From: Candidatus Eiseniibacteriota bacterium
GTDB lineage: Bacteria; Eisenbacteria; RBG-16-71-46; JABDJR01
Length of the DNA stretch: 64,000 nt
Reading direction: 5' to 3'
Assembly: GCA_963762255.1 (NCBI GenBank)
Contig: CAVXKA010000002.1
Coordinates: forward strand, 32,001 to 96,000
Each line of letters starts with the position of its first letter. The first letter of the stretch is position 1. The notes beneath the pieces were generated by a model. That model was not told where the DNA came from. It did no database searches and was given only the letters and a program-made list of their open reading frames with translations. The position numbers and the translations under genes are program-made. Below, piece by piece: positions 46,725 to 56,551 of this stretch.

Positions 46725-47723
46725 ATGATGCGAAGGACGGTTCGGTTGACGTTTCCGGTGGCGGCGCTCGTGCTCCTGTTGGCGATCTCGCTAGTTCGGC
46801 CCGGCGGCGCGCAGTTGCTGAACGACGAGGCGGTGGGGCGTCTCACGATCGGCGGCACCATCGGCCCGCAGATGACCGCGATGGGTGACATCAACGATAA
46901 CCTCAGCGTGGTGAACCGCTTCCTGCAGCGCGATCTCATCGAGCGCGTGGACAAGGTGAAGACCGGCGTTTCCACCGGAATCGACGTGCGCTATCGCCTA
47001 GGGCGGACCCCCCCCGAGGATCCCGAGGAGGCGGTCACCTGGAAGGATCGCGTCACGCTCGGCTTCGCCTGGGGCGGGCTCAACGCCGACACCGGGATCA
47101 ACGTCGGCTCCGCCACCGTGCGGCTCTTCACGCGCACCACCACCTACACCCCCTATGTGCTCTACCACCTTCCGTTCCTGGAGAAAGTCGACCAACGCTC
47201 GCAGCTCTACGTCGGCGCCGGGCCGATCTTCATGCGCAGCGGCTATATCGAGTGGAAGGTCCGGGACAAGACCCGGAACAACTTTCTGGTGGACGGGGAC
47301 ATCGCGGAGTTGACCGGGTCCGGCACCGCCAAGGCGAGCGGGATCGGCATCCTGCTGATGACGGGGGCCTCCTACCAGCTCTCGAACCGCTTCTCCCTGG
47401 CTGTGGACGTGGGTTATCGGAAGGCCAGGATGTCCAACGTCGAGATCACCCGGGGGGTAACTCCCACCGAGGGGAACGCGACCGAAGCCTGGAACATCGA
47501 GCGCTTCCCGGGTGGCGAAGCCGATGTCATCCGGGAACCCGGGGATTGGGCCATCATCGATTTCTTTCTGAGGGACCCGGAAGCCCGGTTCGGTGGTAAG
47601 AACCGCCAGGATCCCGAGGATGACGGCGGCTGCGAGGATTGCCGGCTCTACTACACGGGCGGCCCTATCGACATCGACTTCAGCGGCCCCTTCACCCAGT
47701 TGTCGTTCCGAGTGCACTTCTGA
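46725..47723 (+). CDS. putative outer-membrane beta-barrel protein
   Basis: signal peptide; alternating beta-strands (LYVGAGP, GASYQL..RFSLAVDVGYR); C-terminal IDFSGPFTQLSFRVHF beta-signal. Confidence 0.72.
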   Translation: MMRRTVRLTFPVAALVLLLAISLVRPGGAQLLNDEAVGRLTIGGTIGPQMTAMGDINDNLSVVNRFLQRDLIERVDKVKTGVSTGIDVRYRLGRTPPEDPEEAVTWKDRVTLGFAWGGLNADTGINVGSATVRLFTRTTTYTPYVLYHLPFLEKVDQRSQLYVGAGPIFMRSGYIEWKVRDKTRNNFLVDGDIAELTGSGTAKASGIGILLMTGASYQLSNRFSLAVDVGYRKARMSNVEITRGVTPTEGNATEAWNIERFPGGEADVIREPGDWAIIDFFLRDPEARFGGKNRQDPEDDGGCEDCRLYYTGGPIDIDFSGPFTQLSFRVHF

Positions 47724-47763
47724 TCCAGGCGGGATCTCCGCCACAAGGGCGGGCACCTAACCG

Positions 47764-48564
47764 ATGATGAACGCGCGAAAGACCAACACCCTGTTCTTGG
47801 CCATCGGCCTCTCCATGCTTGTCGCGTGCGGGCGCGGCAAGGGCGAGCGCGGCAAGGAAGCCGCCTCCACGCCGGGCGCCGGCGAGAGTCCGCCGCCGGC
47901 GACCGCCACCGCTCCGCGCACCGATCCGAGGCAGGCGCCGGTCGATCCGCAGTACGCGAGCCTGGAGTTCCTTCAGAGCCAGCCCCTCGCTCTCGAGAAC
48001 GAGATCGCGATCGGCAACCTCTATCTGAATCGCGGCGACGCCGACAGCGCGCTGGCGCATTACCAGCAGGCCACACGGCTCGACCCCAAGAGCGTCTCCG
48101 CCTGGAACTATACCGGCATCACGCTGGCTCGCCTGGAGCGGTTCGCGGAAGCGAAGGCCTCGTACGAGAAGGCGGCGGCTTTGGATGCCTTCTACGGCCA
48201 TACCTTCGTCAACCTGGGCAACCTCTACTTCAAGCAGGAGAAGTTCGACCTGGCGGCCAAGGAATATCAGCTCGCCACCACCATCGACTCGACCGACGCC
48301 CGCGCCTGGCTGAACCTGGGTCTCGCCTATGAGCGGCTCCAGGAGATCAACCGGGCCATCCTGGCCTATAACAAAGCGGCGGAGTGCGACCTCGCGGACC
48401 CCACCCCCCTCGAGCGTCTCGGCTGGATCTACTACGACAAGATGATCTACGACGCCGCGCGCGACAGGTGGGGCAAGGCGGTCGCGCGAGATCCTTCGCG
48501 ACAGGATTTGATCGACAACATCGCCGGGCTCAAGGCGTACGCCGACAGCACCGGCACGCGATGA
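47764..48564 (+). CDS. TPR-repeat lipoprotein
   Basis: lipobox LVAC; canonical TPRs (AWNYTG, FVNLGNLY, AWLNLGLAY, LGWIYY). Confidence 0.88.
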   Translation: MMNARKTNTLFLAIGLSMLVACGRGKGERGKEAASTPGAGESPPPATATAPRTDPRQAPVDPQYASLEFLQSQPLALENEIAIGNLYLNRGDADSALAHYQQATRLDPKSVSAWNYTGITLARLERFAEAKASYEKAAALDAFYGHTFVNLGNLYFKQEKFDLAAKEYQLATTIDSTDARAWLNLGLAYERLQEINRAILAYNKAAECDLADPTPLERLGWIYYDKMIYDAARDRWGKAVARDPSRQDLIDNIAGLKAYADSTGTR

Positions 48565-50384
48565 CCACGCTTCGGCGTCTACGGGGGAGCCTGGGACTTC
48601 TCTTCGCGCTCCTCCCCGGCATCGCCTCGGCCTCATCTCCTGGCCTTCCAGCGCAATGGGATTCCGCCCGGTACATGGACGTTTCGGAGATCCGACCCGG
48701 CATGAAGGGGATCGGACGATCCGTCTTCGTCGGGACGGAGATCCGTGAGTTCGGCGTGGAGATCCTGGGGGTGCTGCCCACGGCCGACCCGCGTACCCGC
48801 ATGATCCTGGCCCGACTCTCCGGCGAGGGGCTGGAAAAGTCGGGGGTGATCGCGGGCATGAGCGGGAGCCCCATCACCGTGGATGGAAGGCTTATCGGCG
48901 CGCTGGCCTTCGGCTGGCCGTACTCCGTCGAACCCATCACCGGGATCACCCCGATCGCCGACATGCTGGCCATGGGTGGTCGCGGCGCCGCCGATGCGGA
49001 TGAGGCGGCGAGCGCGCGGCTCAGCCCCGCGCTGTGGCAGGCCTTGTGGCACGCGGACTCACGCCAGGCGATGGATCTCCTGTCGGAGGGATCGGGCGCC
49101 GCGGACGCCGGTCTTCCGCCGTTGCGCGTGCCGGTGGCGATGTCGGGATTGAGCGGCGCCGCGCGCGGAGAGGCGGCCCGCATTCTGGAGAGCCAGGGCC
49201 TCCTCCTCGAAGAGGGCGCAGCTCTGGGCTTCGATCCCTCGCTGGCGGCGGGGCCGCTGGAGCCGGGAAGCGCGCTTGCCGTGGAGCTGGTGCGCGGGGA
49301 CGCGCAGATCGCGGCCATCGGCACCGTGACCTGGACCGACGGGAACCAGGTGCTGGCGTTCGGTCACCCCATGATGAATCGGGGAGCGGCGTCCTATCCG
49401 ATGAGTACGGCCAGCGTCGTGACCGTGATGCCACGGATCAGCTCGTCGTTCAAGATGGGAGTGGTAGGTGCGCCGGTCGGGGCTGTGACCCGGGACTACA
49501 GCAAGGGAATCATGGGTGTGGTCGGCAGCATTCCCCGCATGATCCCGATGAGCGTGGACCTGCGTTTCGGCGGCCGCGAGGAACGGCTGCACTTCGAAAT
49601 CCTGGAGGCGCAGGCGCTGACCCCGGCTCTGGCCGGAGTGGTCGTCGCCAACGCGGTCGAAACGCTCGGGAGAGAGGTCGGCGCGTCTACCGTGACCGTC
49701 ACCACGCGCATCGCGCTGGAGGATGGACGGAGCCTGGAGACGCGCCAGGTGGACGCGAACTTTTCCCCGTCGATGAGCTTGGGGGGCGAGGTGGCCCGCC
49801 TGGTCGCTCTCGTGCACGGCAATCCCTTCGAGGCGGTGACCGTGCGCGACATCGCCGTCACCGCGACGGTGGACGATACGCTGCACGCGGCGTTTCTGGA
49901 GAGCCTGGTGCTTCCCCCGGCCCCGTATCGCGCGGGGTCGACCCTCTCCGTGGAAGCGGGGTTGCGCGATTATCGAGGCCGCCGGTGGACACATCGCATC
50001 GCGTTCCAGGTGCCGGCCGGTCTCGCTCCCGGCACCTACACGCTGCTCGCGTGCGACGGTCAGCAGGACGGGGCGGCCGAGGTGGTGCGCGTGCCCGGGC
50101 GGTACGACCCGCAGGATTTGGATCAGGTGCTGGCGCTTCTGGCTAACGAGACACCTCGGGACATCCTGGTTCTGCGCCTGATGGGGGCCGGAGGAGATCC
50201 GGTCGTCTCGGGCCGCGAGCTGCCCGGCTTGCCCCCCTCGATGCGGCGCGCCCTCATTTCGCCGCTCGCCGGCGGGCGGGTCACGCAGACGGGTGCGTCC
50301 GTGGAGCACGTGCAGCGGGAGCGCATGGGACGCATGGTGATCGGCTGCCAAGGCGTTCCGATGACCGTGGAGCCGGCGCGCTGA
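48561..50384 (+). CDS. SpoIVB-type peptidase S55 domain protein
   Basis: signal peptide; EIRPGMKG.GRSVF.G, GVIAGMSGSP...DGRLIGALA, GITPI.DM, GTVT..DG..VLAFGHP. Confidence 0.88.
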   Translation: MTTLRRLRGSLGLLFALLPGIASASSPGLPAQWDSARYMDVSEIRPGMKGIGRSVFVGTEIREFGVEILGVLPTADPRTRMILARLSGEGLEKSGVIAGMSGSPITVDGRLIGALAFGWPYSVEPITGITPIADMLAMGGRGAADADEAASARLSPALWQALWHADSRQAMDLLSEGSGAADAGLPPLRVPVAMSGLSGAARGEAARILESQGLLLEEGAALGFDPSLAAGPLEPGSALAVELVRGDAQIAAIGTVTWTDGNQVLAFGHPMMNRGAASYPMSTASVVTVMPRISSSFKMGVVGAPVGAVTRDYSKGIMGVVGSIPRMIPMSVDLRFGGREERLHFEILEAQALTPALAGVVVANAVETLGREVGASTVTVTTRIALEDGRSLETRQVDANFSPSMSLGGEVARLVALVHGNPFEAVTVRDIAVTATVDDTLHAAFLESLVLPPAPYRAGSTLSVEAGLRDYRGRRWTHRIAFQVPAGLAPGTYTLLACDGQQDGAAEVVRVPGRYDPQDLDQVLALLANETPRDILVLRLMGAGGDPVVSGRELPGLPPSMRRALISPLAGGRVTQTGASVEHVQRERMGRMVIGCQGVPMTVEPAR

Positions 50385-50409
50385 ATCGCGCCTCGGGAGA
50401 CCGCTCGAC

Positions 50410-52461
50410 ATGAGACGAAGGACGCTTTGCCTCGCGCTCGCATCCGCGCTCGCCGCGCCCGGCATCTCGGAGGCCTCCACGCCGCAAACCTGGCGGGTGA
50501 GCGGTGTCGAGGGATGGACCTCCGCGCAGCGTGAATCGGTCGGAGTGACCAGCGAAGGACTCGTGGGACTTGCCCTGGCCACGGACTCGACGGAGGGGAT
50601 CGAGGGGTTCATGGTCTGGGCGCTCCTGCGCGACGGCGACGGCGCGTTGGTGGCGACCGGCGACCACGGCACGCTGTACCGCGTGGACGCGGACGGGCAG
50701 GCGGTGCTCGTGGCCAAGGTCGTCCAACCCGAAATCACCGCGCTCGGCCGCGACGGCCGAGGTCGTGTGTTGATGGGGACCTCTCCCGACGGCGTGGTCT
50801 ATCGCCTCGAGGGAGAGAAGGCGGTCTCGATCGCCGACACCCCGGAGACCTATATCTGGAAGATCGTACCGGATGGAAAGGACGGCGCTTTTCTCGCCAC
50901 CGGCAACGCCGGGAAGCTCTACCGCCTCGACGCGAACGGCGCCGTCGAGCTGCTGGTCGATCTCGAGTGCGTTCACGCGACGGGTCTGGCTCTCGACGGC
51001 GAGCGTCTCCTCGTCACCACGGAATCTCCGGGGCGCCTCCTGGATGTCGGACGCGACGGCTCGGTCGCCGTCCTGTACGAGGCCGCCGAAGGCGAGCTTC
51101 GAGAGCCGCTGAGGGTGGGGGATGCGATCTATTTTCTGGCGAACCCCGCCGAGCCGAACCTGTTCGGCCGTCTCTACCGCCGCGCGCCGAGCGGCGCCGT
51201 GGAGCTGGTCTGGTCGGCACTGGCCGGCTCCGCGTATCAGTTGAGCGAGGGGCCGGACGGTACTCTCTTCGTCACCACCGGTGCCGACAAGGGGAGGGGA
51301 TCGCTCGTGCGCGTCACACCGGGCCCTCCCTCGAGCTGGATGGAGATCGCCAGCGTTGCCGAACCGCAGGTGATCTGCGCGCTTCTGAGCGGCCAGGGCG
51401 ACGGCTGGCTCGGCACCGGGGGACTCGCCCGCGTGTACCGCGTTCCGGGCAAGGGGAGCTACGAGGGGCTCGTGACCAGCATCGCGTTCGATGCCGGCGG
51501 CAACGCGCGTTGGGGCGGCGTGGCGATCGAGCCCGGCACCGGCGCTCCGGGGGTGCGGCTGGAGACGCGCTCCGGCAACACGAAGACCCCGGACTCTTCC
51601 TGGAGTGCGTGGCAGGATGTCGGCCTGGATGGGGGGCGGGGGAAGGTGAACGCTCCTCCCGCGCGTTTTCTACAATGGCGGCTGCGCATCTCCGATCCAC
51701 AAACGCGACTGGCCGCGGTCAGCACGACGTATCTTCCCGCGAACCTCGCTCCTCGCGTGTCCGATGTGGGCGTGACAGGGCTCGGCGAGAAGCTGGAGCG
51801 AAGCTGGGATCGAGGCCAGCCCTCATCGCTGGCCCAGGAGCTCCCCGGCGGCGTCCGCGTGGAGTTTCAGGTTCCCACGGGACGCGAGGCCGATCGTCCC
51901 GCCGACGATCCCGAGGCCGCGTGGGCCCGCCGCTACCGCACGGTCACGTGGATTGCCGCCGACCCCAACGACGACCCCCTTCGCTTCGACATCGACTTGC
52001 GTGCCATGGGGGAGACGGACTGGAAGCCGCTTCAGAAGGACAGGGAGGCATCGCCCTGGATCTGGGATAGCGCGGCCGTGCCGGACGGCTGGTACGCGCT
52101 TCGCGTGACCGCTTCCGATCGGGTCGCCAATCCGCCCGAGCTGGCGGCCACCGGCTACCGGCAGACCGAGCCCTTCCTGGTGGACAACACGCCTCCGCAG
52201 GTCGTCGGCATCGAGGCCAACGGTCGTGTCATCACCGGCGCCGCCGAGGATGCCTCGGGATCGATCCGGTCCATCGAGGTCTCACTGGATGGCGGCATCT
52301 GGCAGATCGTGTTCCCCGAGGACGGGATTCCGGACATGCCGCGCGAGCCGTTTCGCGTCGAGCTCACGGAAGCAAGTTCCGGTGATCACGTCGCGATGGT
52401 CCGAGCCGCCGACGACGCCGGGAACCTGGGCGTGGCCCGGGTGAGCTTCCGGGTGCCATGA
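50410..52461 (+). CDS. secreted beta-propeller protein with C-terminal Ig-like domains
   Basis: signal peptide; propeller blades (ATG..G.LYR.D), TRSGNT..PD.SWS.W, PARFLQWR, W.A.DPNDD.L, DG.Y..RV.ASD, VDNTPP. Confidence 0.75.
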   Translation: MRRRTLCLALASALAAPGISEASTPQTWRVSGVEGWTSAQRESVGVTSEGLVGLALATDSTEGIEGFMVWALLRDGDGALVATGDHGTLYRVDADGQAVLVAKVVQPEITALGRDGRGRVLMGTSPDGVVYRLEGEKAVSIADTPETYIWKIVPDGKDGAFLATGNAGKLYRLDANGAVELLVDLECVHATGLALDGERLLVTTESPGRLLDVGRDGSVAVLYEAAEGELREPLRVGDAIYFLANPAEPNLFGRLYRRAPSGAVELVWSALAGSAYQLSEGPDGTLFVTTGADKGRGSLVRVTPGPPSSWMEIASVAEPQVICALLSGQGDGWLGTGGLARVYRVPGKGSYEGLVTSIAFDAGGNARWGGVAIEPGTGAPGVRLETRSGNTKTPDSSWSAWQDVGLDGGRGKVNAPPARFLQWRLRISDPQTRLAAVSTTYLPANLAPRVSDVGVTGLGEKLERSWDRGQPSSLAQELPGGVRVEFQVPTGREADRPADDPEAAWARRYRTVTWIAADPNDDPLRFDIDLRAMGETDWKPLQKDREASPWIWDSAAVPDGWYALRVTASDRVANPPELAATGYRQTEPFLVDNTPPQVVGIEANGRVITGAAEDASGSIRSIEVSLDGGIWQIVFPEDGIPDMPREPFRVELTEASSGDHVAMVRAADDAGNLGVARVSFRVP

Positions 52462-53488
52462 GAGGGCTTCGCATCGCGGTGGTGGGAGCCACCGGAGCAG
52501 TCGGGCGGGAGATGTGGAGGCTGCTCGAAGTCTCCGACCTCGCCGTCGCCGAGATCCGCGCTTTCACCTCCGCCCGCTCGGCCGGGCGCGTCCTCTCGTT
52601 CCGCGGCCTCGACGTACCCTGTCGCGAACTCACCGAGGCCGCCGTCTCTTCGCTCGACCTCGTTCTCGCCTCCGCCGGAGGGGCGGTCAGCCGCATCTGG
52701 TCTCCCCGCTTCGCCGCCGCGGGCGCGGTGGTCGTGGACAACTCGAGCGCGTTTCGCGCGGACCCCGCCTGCGGTCTCGTCATCCCCGAGGTAAACGACG
52801 CCGAGATGGACCGGTCGGTGTCGATCTTCGCGGTGGCGAACTGCTCGACCATTCAGATGGTGGCGGCGCTGGCCCCGCTGCATCGTGCGTGGGGCTTACG
52901 CGCGGTGCGGGTGGCGACCTATCAGTCGGTGAGCGGCGCCGGCGCGCGCGCGATCGAGGAGCTGGAACGCGGCACCCGCGCCGCGCTGGCAGGGGAGGAA
53001 GAGCATCCCGAGGTGTTCCCGCATCCCATCGCCTTCAACGTGGTGCCCCAGATCGGAACCTTCGACGAGTCGGGGGAGACGCAGGAGGAGCGCAAGATGC
53101 GCGACGAGACACGCCGGCTTCTCTCGCTTCCCGATCTGCAGGTGAGCGCGACCTGCGTGCGGGTTCCTGTTGTGCGCGGACACAGCGAGGCGGTGTGGGC
53201 AAGCTTCGCCGCCCCCCCGATCCCGCGCAGGCGCGCGATCTCATGCGCGCGGCGGGCATCGTCGTGGAGGACGACCCCGAGCAGGGCTTCTATCCTCTTG
53301 CGCGCCGCGCCGCCGGTCGCTCCGAGGTCTTCGTCGGCCGCGTCCGCCCGGACCCTGCCGACGCACGCGGCCTGTGCCTGTGGGTGGTGGCCGACAACCT
53401 CTTGAAGGGCGCGGCGGGAAACGCGTTCGACATCGCGCGGGCTCTCATCGCCCGCGGCCGCGTCGGGGCGGCAGGAGCTTCGGCGTGA
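52458..53488 (+). CDS. asd: aspartate-semialdehyde dehydrogenase, frameshifted at a C7 run (53212-53218); probably a sequencing error
   Basis: VVGATGAVG, VVDNSSAFR, ANCSTIQ, TYQSVSGAG, IAFNVVPQI, SATCVRVPV..GHSE; second frame supplies VFVGRVR, LWVVADNLLKGAA.NA. Confidence 0.9.
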
Positions 53489-54213
53489 ACGAATCGCGCG
53501 TGATCGTGGTCATCGGAGGGGCCGGGCGGATGGGGCGCGCCGTGCTGACGGTTCTCGCCGAGACACCGGGGGTGGGCCGCGCGGTGGCCGTGGACCGCGC
53601 GGAGTCTTCAGACTCTCTGCCTGGTAATGTGCTTCTGGTGAAGCAGTTGGGCGATGCGCTTAACCTGGCTTCCGAAGGCGTGGCGATCGATGTCTCCCTC
53701 GCCGAGGGCGCGGCGGATCGCGTCCGCGCGGTTGCCCGAGCCGGCTGGTCGCTGGTGGAGGGCACGACCGGGCTCGACGCGGAGGCCGATGGCGTCATTC
53801 TGGACGCGTCCCGCCTTGTGGCGGTGGTGCGGGCGCCCAATTTCAGCCCAGGGGTCGCGCTCTTGCGGCGCGCCCTGGCGGCCGTGCTGGCGGCCCGCGG
53901 TCCGAGGTGGGACGCGGCGATTCTCGATCGGCATCATCGCGCCAAGCGGGACGCGCCGAGCGGGACGGCAAAGCTCCTCGCCGAGACCGTCCGCGCCGCG
54001 ACCGGCGTCGATCCGCAGGTGGCTTCCTTCCGCCAGGGAGGGGTGGTCGGCGAGCATGCCGTGCACCTTGCCGCCGGGGACGAGGAGCTCGTGTTCGCGC
54101 ATCGGGCGTTCTCGCGGGGCGCGTTCGCCCGCGGCGCGGTGCTCGCCGCCGACTTCGCCCGCGAGGCGCGTCCGGGGCTCTACAGCATGGACGATGTTCT
54201 GGGCCTGACGTGA
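53485..54213 (+). CDS. dapB: 4-hydroxy-tetrahydrodipicolinate reductase
   Basis: GTG 53485; GGAGRMG, GTTG, APNFSPG, HHRAKRDAPSGTA, R.GGVVGEH, HRAFSR.AFARGA. Confidence 0.9.
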   Translation: MNESRVIVVIGGAGRMGRAVLTVLAETPGVGRAVAVDRAESSDSLPGNVLLVKQLGDALNLASEGVAIDVSLAEGAADRVRAVARAGWSLVEGTTGLDAEADGVILDASRLVAVVRAPNFSPGVALLRRALAAVLAARGPRWDAAILDRHHRAKRDAPSGTAKLLAETVRAATGVDPQVASFRQGGVVGEHAVHLAAGDEELVFAHRAFSRGAFARGAVLAADFAREARPGLYSMDDVLGLT

Positions 54214-55430
54214 TGAGCTCGTCCAGACCCTCGGTCCTCGTCCTCGACGAAGAGATCCCGTTCCCTCCCGACACCGGCAAGCGCATTCGCACCTTGAGTC
54301 TTCTTTCCCGTCTCGCCCGCGAGTTCGAGGTGGACCTCCTCACCCATGCCAACGGAGCGACGCCCGCGGCGCTGGCGGCGCTCACCGAGCGCGGGATCCG
54401 GGTCCACGTTGTGGAGAGCCGCATCCCAGATAAGGAGGGGGCGGCCTTCTACCTGCGACTCGCCGCGAACCTCGCCTCCCCATTGCCCTACTCGGCCGCC
54501 TCGCACGACCGCCCCGCGTATCGGCGGCGTCTTCGCGAGCTCGTCCGGGAGCGCGCTTACGATCTCGTGCACTGCGAGTGGACTCCGTACGCTCGCTTCC
54601 GCGAGGGAATCGACCTTCCCTGGGTGGTGGCCGCGCACAACGTGGAGTCGCAGGTGTGGCGCCGGCTGGCCGAGACCGAGCCCTCGGCGGCGCGCCGCAT
54701 CTACACGCGCGTGCAAGCCCGCAAGATGGAGGCCCTGGAGCGGCGGATCTTTGCCCGTGCTCCCTTCGCCACCGCGGTGAGCGAGGAGGACGCGGCGACC
54801 CTTCGAGGCTTTGGCTGTGCCCGCGTGGCGGTCGTGGCGAACGGCGTCGATCTCGATGCGTACACACCGTGTCCGCAGAGCGACGCCGACTCGCGCGGAC
54901 TCGTGTTCACCGGATCCTTGGATTGGCGCCCGAACCAGGATGCGGCGCGGTGGTTCGTGGAGGAGGTCCATCCGGTGCTTCGGCGCGAAGGGCCCTATCG
55001 ACTCGCGGTGGTCGGGCGCCGACCGCCGCCGGGGTTCGGGGTCGGCTTCCCGCCGGAGATCGTGGTCGTCGCGGACGTGGAGGATATCCGACCCCATCTG
55101 GCGGAGGCGAGCGTGGTGGTGGTGCCGCTGCGAGTGGGCGGGGGAAGCAGGCTCAAGATCCTGGAGGCGTTCGCCGCGGGCCGACCCGTGGTATCTACCA
55201 CGCTGGGGGCGGAGGGGCTGGCCGTGGAGGATGGGCGGCACCTCGTGCTCGCCGACGAACCCGCGGCCTTCGCCGGCGCCATCCTGGCGCTGTGGAAGGA
55301 GCCCGATCGGGGCCGGACGCTGTCGCGCGAGGCGCGGGGTTTGGTCGAGACACAGTACGGCTGGGATCGCATCGCCCGGGTTCAGGCCGCGCTCTGGCGT
55401 GAAGCCGCGGCATCGGGAGGACGCCCGTGA
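54213..55430 (+). CDS. GT4 family glycosyltransferase (PEP-CTERM/XrtA-associated type)
   Basis: PFPPDTGKRIRT, HNVES, VANGVD, FTGSLDWRPNQDA, PLRVGGGSRLKILEAFA.GRPVVST..GAEGL. Confidence 0.9.
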   Translation: MSSSRPSVLVLDEEIPFPPDTGKRIRTLSLLSRLAREFEVDLLTHANGATPAALAALTERGIRVHVVESRIPDKEGAAFYLRLAANLASPLPYSAASHDRPAYRRRLRELVRERAYDLVHCEWTPYARFREGIDLPWVVAAHNVESQVWRRLAETEPSAARRIYTRVQARKMEALERRIFARAPFATAVSEEDAATLRGFGCARVAVVANGVDLDAYTPCPQSDADSRGLVFTGSLDWRPNQDAARWFVEEVHPVLRREGPYRLAVVGRRPPPGFGVGFPPEIVVVADVEDIRPHLAEASVVVVPLRVGGGSRLKILEAFAAGRPVVSTTLGAEGLAVEDGRHLVLADEPAAFAGAILALWKEPDRGRTLSREARGLVETQYGWDRIARVQAALWREAAASGGRP

Positions 55431-56551
55431 CGGCGCCGGTGCGGGCCGGGTTCGCGATCGACGCTCTGGAGCCCGGGGGCGGGACCGAGAACCAGCTCAT
55501 CTTCCTCCTCGAACGGTTGGATCGCGTTCGAGTCGCTCCTCACGTGGCATGTCTTCGATCGAGCCCCTACCTCGAAGGCCTTGCCCGCGAGTTGCCGGTG
55601 ACCGTGCTCGACGTGCGGGTCGACCGCGGTGCGGGGCTCGTCAACGGCGTTCGCCGCGCGCGCGCGTGGGTGAGGCGGGAGCGCCTCGACGTCGTGCTCA
55701 CCTTCTTTCGCGATGCGAACATCGTGGCCACCCTGGGCGCACGGTGGGCCGGAGTTCCGGTCGTCTCGGGCCGTCGCAACCTGGGCTACTGGCACACGCC
55801 GCGCGAGATTCGCATTCTGAGATTCCTGAACCGCTTCACGCGCGAGTTCGTGGCGAACTCCGAGGCGGTGCGCGAGCAGACCGTGCGCCGCGAGGGCGTG
55901 CCGCGCGAGCGTATTCGCGTCATTCCCAACGCGGTCGACACGGAGCGTTTCCGCCCCGCATCACCGGGGGAGCGCGAGACACTGCGAGCGCGGCTCGGCT
56001 TCCCTGCGAGTGCCCCGCTCGTCGGCTGCGTGGCGAACCTCCGCCCGGTGAAGGGACATGAGGTTCTGGTCGAGGCGTTTGCCGCGGTGTGCGCGCGCGT
56101 GCACGAGGCCCGTCTGGCGCTGATCGGAGAGGGGCCCATCGAGGCGCCCTTGCGCGAGCGTGCCCGCGCGCTCGGCGTCCTCGACCGTTTGCACTTCATG
56201 GGCCTGCGCCAGGATGTCCCCGATCTCCTGCGCGCGTTCGACATCGTGGTGTTGGCCTCGCACAGCGAGGGCCTCTCGAACGCGCTCCTCGAGGCGATGG
56301 CCTCCGGGTTGCCCACCGTGGCCACCGCGGTGGGGGGAAACACCGAGCTGCTGGAGGACGGGGCGCTCGGAATGCTCGTTCCCCCGAGCTATCCGGCGGC
56401 GATGGCGGCGGCTCTGGGAGAACTCCTTACATCCCCGGATCGATGCCGGCGGCTCGGCGCGGCGGCGAGAGATCGCGTTTGTGCCCGCAACTCGCCCGAG
56501 CGTGTGCTCGAGGCCTGGCATCGCGTGATCGAATCGGCCGCGCGCGCTTAG
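55427..56551 (+). CDS. GT4 family glycosyltransferase
   Basis: GGTENQL, VANSEAV, IPNAVD, ANLRPVKGH, SEGLSNALLEAMASGLP.VAT.VGG. Confidence 0.92.
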   Translation: MTAPVRAGFAIDALEPGGGTENQLIFLLERLDRVRVAPHVACLRSSPYLEGLARELPVTVLDVRVDRGAGLVNGVRRARAWVRRERLDVVLTFFRDANIVATLGARWAGVPVVSGRRNLGYWHTPREIRILRFLNRFTREFVANSEAVREQTVRREGVPRERIRVIPNAVDTERFRPASPGERETLRARLGFPASAPLVGCVANLRPVKGHEVLVEAFAAVCARVHEARLALIGEGPIEAPLRERARALGVLDRLHFMGLRQDVPDLLRAFDIVVLASHSEGLSNALLEAMASGLPTVATAVGGNTELLEDGALGMLVPPSYPAAMAAALGELLTSPDRCRRLGAAARDRVCARNSPERVLEAWHRVIESAARA

